Of a stretch of DNA of 64,000 bases, positions 55,452-64,000 are shown piece after piece (within the stretch, counting starts at the first letter, position 1; every line of letters starts with the position of its first letter). The notes under the pieces are model-generated. The model was not told the DNA's origin. It did no database searches and saw nothing but the letters and a program-made list of their open reading frames with translations. The translations under genes were made by a program, and so were the position numbers. The stretch covers positions 35,528,001 to 35,592,000 of the forward strand of contig NC_086097.1 of assembly GCF_963921235.1 (NCBI RefSeq), written 5' to 3'. This DNA is from Mobula hypostoma (lineage: Eukaryota).

Positions 55452-55654
55452 AAACTGAGACCCTGTTTGTTCCCCTCGCTGATTACAAGGGATTGCAGAT
55501 TTTGAAATCATTTTTTGATTTCTGAAAGGAAGGAATGTTTCCAAAAATCCTTTGTAACATGAAATTTTATCCTGAGTGAAATGCTTACGGTTATTTAGGT
55601 GCAGCATATTCCTAGTTAATGAGTGGACAGAGGCATGTTATTCATTACAGTGAA

Positions 55655-55975
55655 AGATAGGTTATGTAGCGGTTAGCATAATGCTTTACAGCACCAGCAG
55701 TTAGATCTGGGTTCAATTCCCGCTGCTGCCTGTAAGGCATTCTCCCTGTGACCATGTGAATTCCAAGTGCTCTAGTTTCCTCTCACCTTCTAAGGATGTA
55801 CAGGTTAGGGTTAGTAAGTTGTGGACTTGTTATGTTAGTGCCAGAAGTTTATCAACACTTGTGGGCTGCCTCCAGCACATCTCAGGCTGTGTTGGTCATT
55901 GGTGCAAACAATGCATTTCACAGTATGTTTCAATGTTTCGATGTGCATGTGACAAATAAAAATAAAAATCATCTT
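55655..55975 (+). mobile_element. tRNA-derived SINE with Pol III A/B boxes and a LINE-like tail
   Basis: The head GTAGCGGTTAGCATAATGCTTTACAGC is A-box-like and the B box GGTTCAATTCC is at 55710-55720. The middle is V-domain-like (TTCTCCCTGTGACC...GTGCTCTAGTTTCCTCTCAC) and the end is AATAAA-rich. Confidence 0.75.
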
Positions 55976-56077
55976 AAATGGGTTCATAAATCTAAAGCAT
56001 GCACCCCAAAGAATCAACACACATCAAAGTTGCTGGCAAATGCAGCAGGCCAGGCAGCATCTCCAGGAAGCGGTACG

Positions 56078-56111
56078 GTCAACGTTTCAGGCCGAGACCC
56101 GTCGTCAGGAC
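56078..56111 (-). ncRNA. Minimal type I hammerhead ribozyme of the Penelope terminus
   Basis: The minus strand reads GUC-CUGACGA-C-GGGU-CUCG-GCCU-GAAA-CGUU-GAC: stem I GUC/GAC, core CUGANGA, stem II GGGU/GCCU, GAAA, a palindromic AACGUU in place of helix III, and cleavage triplet GUU. Confidence 0.75.
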
Positions 56112-56398
56112 TAACTGAAGGAAGAGCTAGTAAGAGATTTGAAAGTATGAGGGGGAGGGGGAGATCCAAAATGATAGGAGAAGACAGGAGGGGGAGGGAT
56201 GGAGCCAAGAGCTGGACAAGTGATTGGCGAAAGGGATATGAGAGGACAGGAGGCCAGGAAGAAGGAAAAGGGGGAGGGGGGAAAAACCCAGAGGATGGGC
56301 AAGGGGTATAGTCAGAGGGACAGAGGGAGAAAAAGGAGAGTGAGAGAAAGAATGTGTGTATATAAATAACGGATGGGGTACGAGGGGGAGGTGGGGCA

Positions 56399-56647
56399 TT
56401 AGCAGAAGTTAGAGAAGTCGATGTTCATGCCATCAGGTTGGAGGCTACCCAGACAGAATATAAGGTGTTGTTCCTCCAACCTGAGTGTGGCTTCATCTTT
56501 ACAGTAGAGGAGGCCGTGGATAGACATGTCAGAATGGGAATGGGATGTCGAATTAAAATGTGTGGCCACTGGGAGATCCTGCTTTCTCTGGCGGACAGAG
56601 CGTAGGTGTTCAGCAAAACGATCTCCCAGTCTGCGTCGGGTCGCCTC
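56399..56647 (-). pseudogene. C-terminal half of a Penelope GIY-YIG endonuclease
   Basis: EATRRRLGDRFAEHLRSVRQRKQDLPVATHFNSTSHSHSDMSIHGLLYCKDEATLRLEEQHLIFCLGSLQPDGMNIDFSNFC* carries the RxxEH, HF..H, E and GxN motifs of PLE endonucleases. The first ~14 codons of the tracked ORF are flank and TSD. Confidence 0.85.
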
Positions 56648-56799
56648 GTGTTTGCACCCCAAAGAATCAATGTTTTTATAGAGAAAATCCAAAAATTAAA
56701 CATTTGTAAATTGAAAAAATTAGATGTTATTTTGAATAATAGCAAGGAGATTTTGACCAGAACTTAATTTTATTGTGTACAATTAACTAGTATTACATA

Positions 56800-56975
56800 A
56801 GGAAATGATTTGTTGCTTGTTACCTGATGCTGGTGGGAATTGCTGTATTCCAAGTGACTGCTGCATTTCCCGCATTACTACTGTGCAAACACAGAAGTTT
56901 GCTGTTAGCTGTGAAATACTTTGGAATGTCTAGAACGTGACATGAAAGGTGCCGTGCAATTGAAAATGTAATAAT
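56800..56975 (+). mobile_element. Possible DeuSINE-like 3' part
   Basis: GTGGGAATTGCTGT...CTGCTGCATTTCCCGCATTAC...GCTGTGAAATACTTTGG...TGAAAGGTGCCGT resembles the SacSINE1/AmnSINE1-type tail as recalled; highly diverged. Confidence 0.35.
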
Positions 56976-57324
56976 TTTTCTTTCTGCAATGTCTAATTGC
57001 TTCTCACCATGTAAATTTTCTCATGACAAATGGGAACAGCAGGTGTTAATGAAGGCAGACATCAATAGATTAGAGCACAGAAATGTTTCTTTTAATAGTG
57101 TTAATGTCAGCTCTGTGCTAGAGCAATCCAAGACTAATGCCAGGTGTTTACTTACACACTCTCTCTCACTTCAAGTCATGCTCATGGTTTAGGGAAACGC
57201 TAATTTTCTTCATAGTTCCAGTAAGTAAAAGGCACGGGACAATGAGATGCCAAGGAACACCAAGGCAGCTGATATCCTTTCCTGCTTCATATCAACAGAC
57301 ATTGAGTGAAAGAATCAATTAACT

Positions 57325-57492
57325 TTGCAGCATGGAAGGGAACCATTCAGTCATCTATCCCTGCTGGTCAACCACTAACTCTCGCTCTTCAACCATGTAT
57401 GTTAAAGCACAGCACGTGCTCATCCCCATACTTTTACAAGATGAGGTTTCCTACCTCCCTTTCAGGCAGTGAGTTGCAGATCCCACCACTGC
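57325..57492 (-). mobile_element. Degraded CR1-type LINE 3' end
   Basis: GCATGGAAGGGAACCATTCAG at the left and TCAGGCAGTGAGTTGCAGATCCCACCACT at the right; the minus strand encodes a VVGxxNSLPE-like motif. Confidence 0.4.
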
Positions 57493-57651
57493 AAGGGGCG
57501 GAGAGGAGATGGAAGTTCCTTTCTGCTTGACTCTACATTGGCTGAACCTGCAATTTTGGGGTAGAAATTTGAGCCCACTTTTCAAGCGTAAAACCTGGTC
57601 TACACATTCTCTACACCTGCTGACTTCATCCGGATTTTGAGTGTTGCTCTC

Positions 57652-57731
57652 CAGGGGCTCCCAACCTGGGTTCTGGCCCCCCTGCTGAATCGTATTGGTC
57701 CATAGCATAAAAACAAGGTTGGGAAGCCCTG
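57652..57731. mobile_element. 80-bp MITE with hAT/Charlie-type TIRs
   Basis: Left CAGGGGCTCCCAACCT (57652-57667) and right AGGTTGGGAAGCCCTG (57716-57731) form an inverted match at 14 of 16 positions. An 8-bp TSD is not cleanly preserved. Confidence 0.7.
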
Positions 57732-57994
57732 CTCTACATAGACTAGTTCATCATGAGGTGACATGCCCAATATATGCTGGTGAACAGCAATATTAATGAC
57801 GGACCTAAAGCCCACTGAAAGTTCCTTGTACAATATTAATTCCCAGGAAGCAAGGCAGAGTTGCCTGGCTCCAGCTTTCCTTGACAGAATCTCACCAAAT
57901 GATTTAACCAGCTTTATATTGCTTATAAGATGAATTCTTATAGAATGACAGAGTGAACAATGGAGCCTGTTCAGCTGGTGCCCTCATATCACAT

Positions 57995-58238
57995 GACACA
58001 GCAGGCAGAGCCGTCCCTTTGCAGCTCCAGTGACTGGGTTCAGAGCTGTCTGTGTGGGGAAGGCACATTCTCTCTGTGTCCACATGGGTCTCCTCTAGGT
58101 GTTCCGGTTTTCTCCGATATCTAAAGATGTGAGGGTTGGTAGGGAAATTGGCCATTGTACATCACCGTAGTGCAAGTGAGCGGTAGATATTGGTGGAAGA
58201 TGAAGGGAAAGTGGAGAGAAGAAAATGGAATTAATATA
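57995..58238 (+). mobile_element. Degraded tRNA-derived V-type SINE, interrupted by the RTE; its tail resumes at 60072
   Basis: GCAGCTCCAGTGACTGGGTTCA head, GCACATTCTCTCTGTGTCCACATGGGTCTCCTCTAGGTGTTCCGGTTTTCTCC V-like domain, then AAAGATGTGAGGGTTGGT. Confidence 0.65.
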
Positions 58239-60071
58239 CTCCTACTACGTTGACTCAGGCCTAAAGGCCGGTGTCGGGCACGATGACAGACTCTCCATTT
58301 CTCCCTCTCCCTCATCAGTGTGTTCAGTTCATCTACATTAGCCGCGCCGCTGTCTCCTAGGAGCATGTTGACCATAGTCTTGGGAGGGCGCCCAGGGTTC
58401 ATCCTCCCATGCTTGGGCTCCAGTATGATGACTAGGCTGGCAGGTAGCTCGGCGTGGCGTAGACAGTGCCCCGCTAGTTTCAGTCTTCTCGCCTCGATTT
58501 TAGTGGTGAGCATCTGTAGGTCGTTATAGAGCTCGACGTTCGTCATGTGCTGTTGCCAACTCACGTCAAGAGCCATCCGGAGCATTCATGTATAGCAACC
58601 ATCTAGAGACTTTCGCGTAGGCTTGGTGAGTGTCCACGTCTCACATCCGTACTTGAGAATGGATTCTATGATGCTATGAAAATCCTCTTTTTAAGCCCTC
58701 TGGTCAGGTTCGACTTACAGATTTTCTTCATGTCGTTCATAGCCCTCCACGCCAGCGCCTTCTGTATCTTTATGTCCTTCTCCGAACTCATCATTCTTGA
58801 CCTGAGGTACTTGTAGTCAAAGACTTTCTTAATGGTATCATTCTTTACGGACTTGAGAGTACCTTCGTTACAGTTAAATGCCATGTACTCTGTCTTTTTA
58901 GATTAGATTATGAGGACACGCAGTCCTCTTTTATTGTCATTTAGTAATGCATGCATTAAGAAATGATACAATGCTTCTCCAGAATGATATCACAGAAGCA
59001 CATGACAAACCGACTGAAAAACTGACAAAAACCACATAATTTTAACATATAGTTACAACAGTGCAAAGCAATACCGTAATTTGATAAAGAACAGACTATG
59101 GGCACGGTAAAAAGTCTCAAAGTCTCTCGAAAGTCCCATCATCTCATGCAGATGGTGAATCTCCAGCACCGCAAACTTGCCGATGCAGCATCCTGGAAGC
59201 ACCCGACCACAGTCTGACTCCGAGTCCATCCGAAAACTCCGAGCCTCCGACCAGCTCTCCGACACCGAGCACTGAGCACCATCTCTGCCAAGTGCTTCGA
59301 CCCTGGCCCCGGCAACAGGCAATAGGCAAAGCTGAGGATTTGGGGCCTTCCCCTCTGGAGATTCTCAATTGCACAGAAGCAGCGGCAGCGAAGCGGGCAT
59401 TTCAGAAGTTTCTCCAGGTGTTCCTCCATGCTTCTCACTTCTGTCTTCATCAAATCAGGATTGCGCACGGCCCCCTAGTTAATGCATATGATATCATTCG
59501 GAACGGCTGCGCGCGCTGCGTCGCGCCGCCATCTTCTCCTCCCTCCTCCTTTTTAGCGTTTAGTTGAAGTCCAACTTTATTGCACTCAATTTCCACTTTT
59601 GTCAGTAGCTGCTGTGCTTCCTCCATCTGGTCGGAGAGCAGGACTATGTCATCTGCAAAATCGAGATCTGTGAGTGTAACTGGTCTGACCTTTTTAGTTT
59701 GTCCTGGTTTTATGGTAAAACCAAGCTTGTCATGATCTTTGGTAGCTTGACACAGAGCGTAATCAAGATCGATTATAAAGATGTAGGGTGCCAGACTGTC
59801 TCCTTGCAGCACACCAGCTAAGAGCTCGAACACTGCTGTTTCTCCGTCTGGTGATACAACTTTCGCCATGGTTTTGGTATAGCTGGACTCTATTGCTCTT
59901 AGTAGACGGTCTAGCACTCTGTAAACTTTCAGGATCTTCAGCATTTTGCCTCAGTGAATGGAGTCAAAAGCTTTGTGAAAATCGATGTAAGTAAGCACGG
60001 CTGGTAGGTTGTTCTTCTTGACTTTCTCGATGATTCTACGGAGAGCAAGTATTTGCATTACTGTTGTGCAC
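58239..60071 (-). mobile_element. 5'-truncated RTE-clade LINE (reverse transcriptase pseudogene) split by an insertion
   Basis: Motifs YIDFHKAFDSIH, GVLQGDSLAPYIF, DLDFADDIVLL, GLQLNAKK|TEYM, YKYL, YGCETWTLT, RRLKLAGHCLR and GRPPKT are present. In-frame TGA stops (likely CGA decay) lie at 59951-59953 and 58586-58588, with a frameshift near 58666. It has an AGT-type tail and a candidate TSD TAATATA at 58232-58238 and 60072-60078. Confidence 0.92.
58902..59548 (-). mobile_element. 647-bp non-autonomous retroposon inserted in the RTE, with 8-bp TSD CTTTTTAG
   Basis: The TSD is at 58894-58901 and 59549-59556, and removing the insert restores LNAKKTEYM in frame. The head is GGAGAAGATGGCGGCGCG and the end is AATAAA...CTCATAATCTAAT. 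Confidence 0.85.
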
Positions 60072-60278
60072 TAATATAAGACTTGTGTAAGTGTGTGCTC
60101 GATGTTCAACAGAAGTAATTTTAATATAGGATTTGTGTAAATGTGTGTTGGATGCCGAGCATGGAATAATTTTAATATAGGATTTGTGTAAATGTGTGTT
60201 AGATGCTGAACATGGAATAATTTTAATATAGGATTTGTGTAAATGTGTGTTAGATGCTCAGCATGGGCATAATTTTAA
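60072..60278. repeat. Four-copy 50-51-bp tandem repeat TAATATAGGATTTGTGTAAATGTGTGTTAGATGCTGAACATGGAATAATTT
   Basis: Copies start at 60072, 60122, 60173 and 60224. Confidence 0.92.
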
Positions 60279-60620
60279 GGTAATTGGAGGAATTTACAGG
60301 GGGGATGTCAGAGGTAGTTTTTTTTACACAAAGCAGTAAGTATCTGGGAAGAACTGCTGAGGGTGGTGGTAGAGGAGGATAGAGCATATTGGATGGGGCA
60401 AGTGGGTGTGGCGGAGCTCTCCATTTCCCTTTCATCGTGCCCCTCTAACAGTCCTTTAAACCTCCCTAATCTATCCTCCTCTAAAGGACTCTTAGAGGGG
60501 CACGATGAGAGGAAAATGGAGAGCTCTGTAGGTCGATCTTGGAATAGGTTAAAAGGTCAGCACAACATTGTGGGCCGAAGAGTCTATACTGTGCTCTGCT
60601 GTACTATACTGTACTATGAC
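60265..60620 (+). mobile_element. CR1 (HER1-like) LINE 3' end with an internal inverted segment
   Basis: GGGCATAATTTTAAGGTAATTGGAGGA... encodes GHNFKVIGGIYRGDVRGSFF, the CR1 ORF2 C-terminal motif. It ends GCACAACATTGTGGGCCGAAG...CTGTACTATACTGTACTATG. Confidence 0.7.
60414..60526. repeat. Inverted repeat: 45-bp arms with 3 differences and a 23-nt spacer
   Basis: 60414-60458 GAGCTCTCCATTTCCCTTTCATCGTGCCCCTCTAACAGTCCTTTA versus the reverse complement of 60482-60526. Confidence 0.92.
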
Positions 60621-60989
60621 CAAAGGGCCTGCTTCTGTGCTGTGTCACTTTCTGACTCTATTCATGATTCACTCTATACCTTCATTGCAAACAGAAGCTG
60701 TACCAGTATGTTTGTTGACACCATAGCTGCGCTGGTGCACCCACACTTTTTGGGCTCTCTCCAATGCACTCCGCCACACCCACTTGCCCCAGCCAACATG
60801 CTTGCGTGAAGCCTCCTCTTGGGACTTGCCTGACCATGATGTCAGTGACACTATGGCTCTAAATTGTTTCTGCCCATTGGACGTGTTGCCCAAAGGCATA
60901 GTTATCACCAATAACTCATGCCAAGGAGGCAAGAAGTTCAATTTCTATTAATTCTGGTGCTAATCTGGACCCCAAGGTGACAGCAGAGT

Positions 60990-61370
60990 ATTGAATTGGT
61001 TTAACATTCTCACATGTACTGAGGTACAGTGAAAAACTTTGTTTTATAAGCCATTCATACAGATCATTTCTTTACAACAGTACACCAAGGTAAAAGGAAA
61101 AATAATTACATATTGTAGAATGTGATGTTACAGTTACAGAGAGAATTCAGAGTGGGCAGACAATACAGTGCAAGTTCATGACAAGGTAGATTGTTAGGTC
61201 AAGGGTCTATTTTACCGTACAAGAGATCTGCTATGTAGTTTTATAACAGCAGGACAGAAGCTGTCCTTGAGCCTAGTGGTACATGCTTTGTGTCCGATGG
61301 GACAGGGAGGGGATGAGAAGACTGGGATAGGAGCGGTCTTTGATGATGTTGGCTGCCTTACTGAGGCCAA
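60990..61370 (-). mobile_element. Degraded LINE 3' end, probably Rex1/Babar-type
   Basis: ATTGGTTTAACATTCTCACATGTACTGAGGTACAGTGAAAAACTT is a tail-like start. AGAAGCTGTCCTTGAGCCTAGTGGTACATGC parallels AGAAGCTGTTCCTGAATTGCTGAGTGTGTGC at about 51725. Confidence 0.45.
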
Positions 61371-64000
61371 GCTATGTGCAGCCAAGGGTTCATTTCTGGA
61401 GGGAATCTGGGCCCCTGCATGTCATCACAATATTAAACAGAGGTCAAAAGGAGGGGAATACTCTCAGAATTAGTGATCTCTTATTTCGGGTTTAGGTGGG
61501 CTTGAGGACAGGGCCTGCTCCCCAGGTGATCAAGGCTGGGCCTGGTGGTTAGGCCTGGAAAAGTTGATTGGATCTAAAGAGTTGCAGCATTGAGAGTGGG
61601 TCTTCACGCCTGTTGGTTTGGTCCGGACTGGACCCTCCACGCGCCCGGATGCGGGGGAGGTCACTAGGGGCTGCACGGGGTTGGGATGCTGTGTTTTCTT
61701 TGGGCTCGTATGCAATCCCATGCATCCCTCACAGTGGGCCACCCTCTAACATGCCGCCCCCCCCCTCCCCCAGCAGGCTGGACTGCTCGGGACGTAATGT
61801 TGAAAATTCAGTAATGGGACAAGACTAGCCATGAGTACATGCTCAAGGGGCCAAGTGACTTACTCCTTTTGCTGTTCATGTTTTCATGTACTACGTGCCT
61901 TAAATAGAATAAAAATATATCATTTTATTTTGGCAATTGGTATCAAAGTCCCCTAGTTGTTTTCAGATGTGGTTCTTACTGACTAAAGCTCAGCTTTAAA
62001 GGATACAGATAAACGATAGATTACAGCTCCCTGGACTTCAGCCCATGGTTGTAGAAACAGCATGTTCAAAAATTGGTAGTCCTTCGAATAATTGTGATGT
62101 CTACTCTTTAGTTACATAATTTTTGTCCAAATCTGACCTTTTTTTTAAAAAAGTTCTGCCATTGTGGTAATGGATGACCAAATTAATTAACAAAATCCAT
62201 CAGTAGCATAATAAGAAAGAAAACTTAGTTAGCCTCCCTTCAGGAGATCAGGAGGAAGCTTCTTTATTACTACTTGATGTACCCCCTTCTGACTTTAATT
62301 TCATTTGGTCAAATAACACTGTGCTCAATAACCCAGCATGCTTCTGTGAAAGAGATCACTGAGGTACTGGAGGTTCTACATTAACCAGAGACCTTTATTT
62401 AATATTCATTATTTTATAGAGCTCCAAAGTAGACTTTTTTATTTATGGCGTTATAGAATGCTAAGCCAGCCATCTGGTTTTCAAGTTCTTGGCTGTTTGA
62501 ATCACATTAAGAACATAAAAAAATGAATCGAGCATTCATTTGTTGATACTGGATGAACGTTTTGGCCATTTCTTTGTCCGGTCTGATTTTCAGGAACCTG
62601 ATTTTACTTTTGTTGATTTAAAATGTCTGCAGAAAAATTTAAGTTTTGATGCCTCTTTCAAGTTTACTCCAATTTTCCCTCTACTGTATTAGGTATTCTC
62701 TTGCAAAACTCTAATGTTCTCCTGAGCCTATGGTTTATCACTAATTTTGATAAAACTAAAAGTCTCTGATTTTAATCTAATTGAAGAATAGATTAAAAGA
62801 GAATGACTTTGTCAATCGCACTAATAGAAATTAGCGTGCAGTGCGGCAGAACTTAGCTCTTATCACTCAGAGAGAACCAGACGGCTCAAACTCAAGGTCC
62901 CAACCAAATTGTGTAATACTTCATCCCTGGCTTAATTTTTTTAGAACAAAATTTAATAATCTGCAGAGCAATCAAAAATGAACCATTGTCAATCCCTGAG
63001 GGAATTGGCAGAGTGATGTAGAAACTGCTACAATGTATCACTGGATGATTACTCAAGACCTGCTCTCTGTTAATTAAAAACAATAATTAACATCTCAAAT
63101 TGAAAAATAATTGCATTGTCGTCATCTAATACTACATGCCATGGGTTAGATTGTATTTAGCAAGGCATATAATAAGACTAATTGTAAAGCAAGTGATGCT
63201 CTTCAATGACAAGGGTGCATTACAATGGAGTACTCATTGGTTTATATGATAAGTGTTATAACAAGCAACACCAGCCTTCCCAATAACTTACCTCTTGACT
63301 GACCTCATTCCTTTTCTTTCCCCAGGCAACTGACTGTTCTATTCCACAGCTCCAATATCTTCATTTATCCTCTGGGTATAGGGGGCAGGACAAGGGAGGA
63401 GGCTATGTAGGGATGGTATTTTAACATGTGAGCTATGGGTTTAAATAGTGTGGGGATGGTGGAATACACAAGCTCAAACTCACTAATTAGACATCTTACA
63501 TGTTGAAATTTCAGTAATGGTGGGTTAGCAGTTTCACAGTATCACCTTCTCATTAAGAGTGTATTCCCCAGGTTCAGAGGCATTAATTCAACCTGTCATG
63601 AATCCAAGGTAAGAGCATATAGTGATGATGGAGGATTCCATGGCCAAATGTGCTATTAAATGCTTCAAACTCCTATCTGGTTCCTGACTACTTCAATGAA
63701 AAGTGATCTTCATTTTTTGAGTTAGTTAATTTTGGAGAAAATGTTAGTATTTTTTGCACTTATTTTTTGAACATAATGTTCCATTTCCAAATTTTGCAAG
63801 TGCCCACTTTTCTAATGGATATTATATCATCATGGGTTCTACTTACGCGACCCAGTGGTATTTCATGATGGACAATAGCGAGAGCCAAAACAGGGAGCTG
63901 CTCCTCACCACTACCAAAGCTCCACAAGAGAGACATGACCATCAGACAGGACCAGCTCACTGATGGCCTTATGTGAAAGCCCATTAACGTTAACAAAACA

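Larger units (their letters stand above)
56018..56652 (-). mobile_element. 5'-truncated Penelope-like retroelement (GIY-YIG C-terminus and terminal region) with an 18-bp TSD
   Basis: Contains a GIY-YIG-type peptide and a hammerhead motif. The perfect direct repeat TGCACCCCAAAGAATCAA flanks it at 56000-56017 and 56653-56670. Confidence 0.9.

Noticed and set aside
55655..55725. tRNA gene
   Set aside because: A/B boxes are present but no convincing cloverleaf forms; it runs into a SINE body and has a diverged paralogue at 54161.
59450..59944. Functional reverse transcriptase gene
   Set aside because: It is 5'-truncated, has in-frame stops and a frameshift, and is split by an insertion; the ORF's C-terminus reads into the insert.
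51791..63083. Remaining short ORFs of 60-170 aa in the flank
   Set aside because: They are antisense or off-frame readings of TE remnants, or chance ORFs without recognisable domains.
63300..63996. Possible host exons (acceptor TTTCCCCAG at ~63315, donor AGGTAAG at ~63607, ORFs 63754-63963 and 63760-63996)
   Set aside because: No recognisable protein similarity and no consistent open exon; RNA-seq or conservation data would be needed.

Overview
Eukaryotic, non-genic DNA. The mix of repeat families suggests a vertebrate, most plausibly a cartilaginous fish such as a ray; this is inference from remembered family patterns, not a database match. Positions 1 to about 49.6 kb are one uninterrupted array of a 36-bp minisatellite (consensus CTCCCTCCTGTACATCCTAAACCCTCACATCCTCCT; 18 C, 10 T, 7 A, 1 G), roughly 1,380 units by length. 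The array is arranged in successive higher-order blocks with periods 3663, 4776, 1137, 3844, ~3.1k, 789 and 4444 bp. It ends in 33-34-bp variant units that decay into unique DNA at about 50.5 kb. The long ORFs over the array arise because 36 is a multiple of 3, and I do not call them genes. The last 13.5 kb is mostly transposon remnants: Rex1/Babar-type LINE ends, tRNA-derived SINEs, a Tc1 remnant, a hAT-type MITE and CR1 ends. It also holds a Penelope-like fragment with a perfect 18-bp TSD and a minimal hammerhead ribozyme, an RTE LINE inserted in a SINE and itself split by a 647-bp element with a YY1-type head, a four-copy 51-bp tandem repeat, and three interlocked inverted repeats. No host protein-coding gene could be supported, and I found no clearly new biological system.
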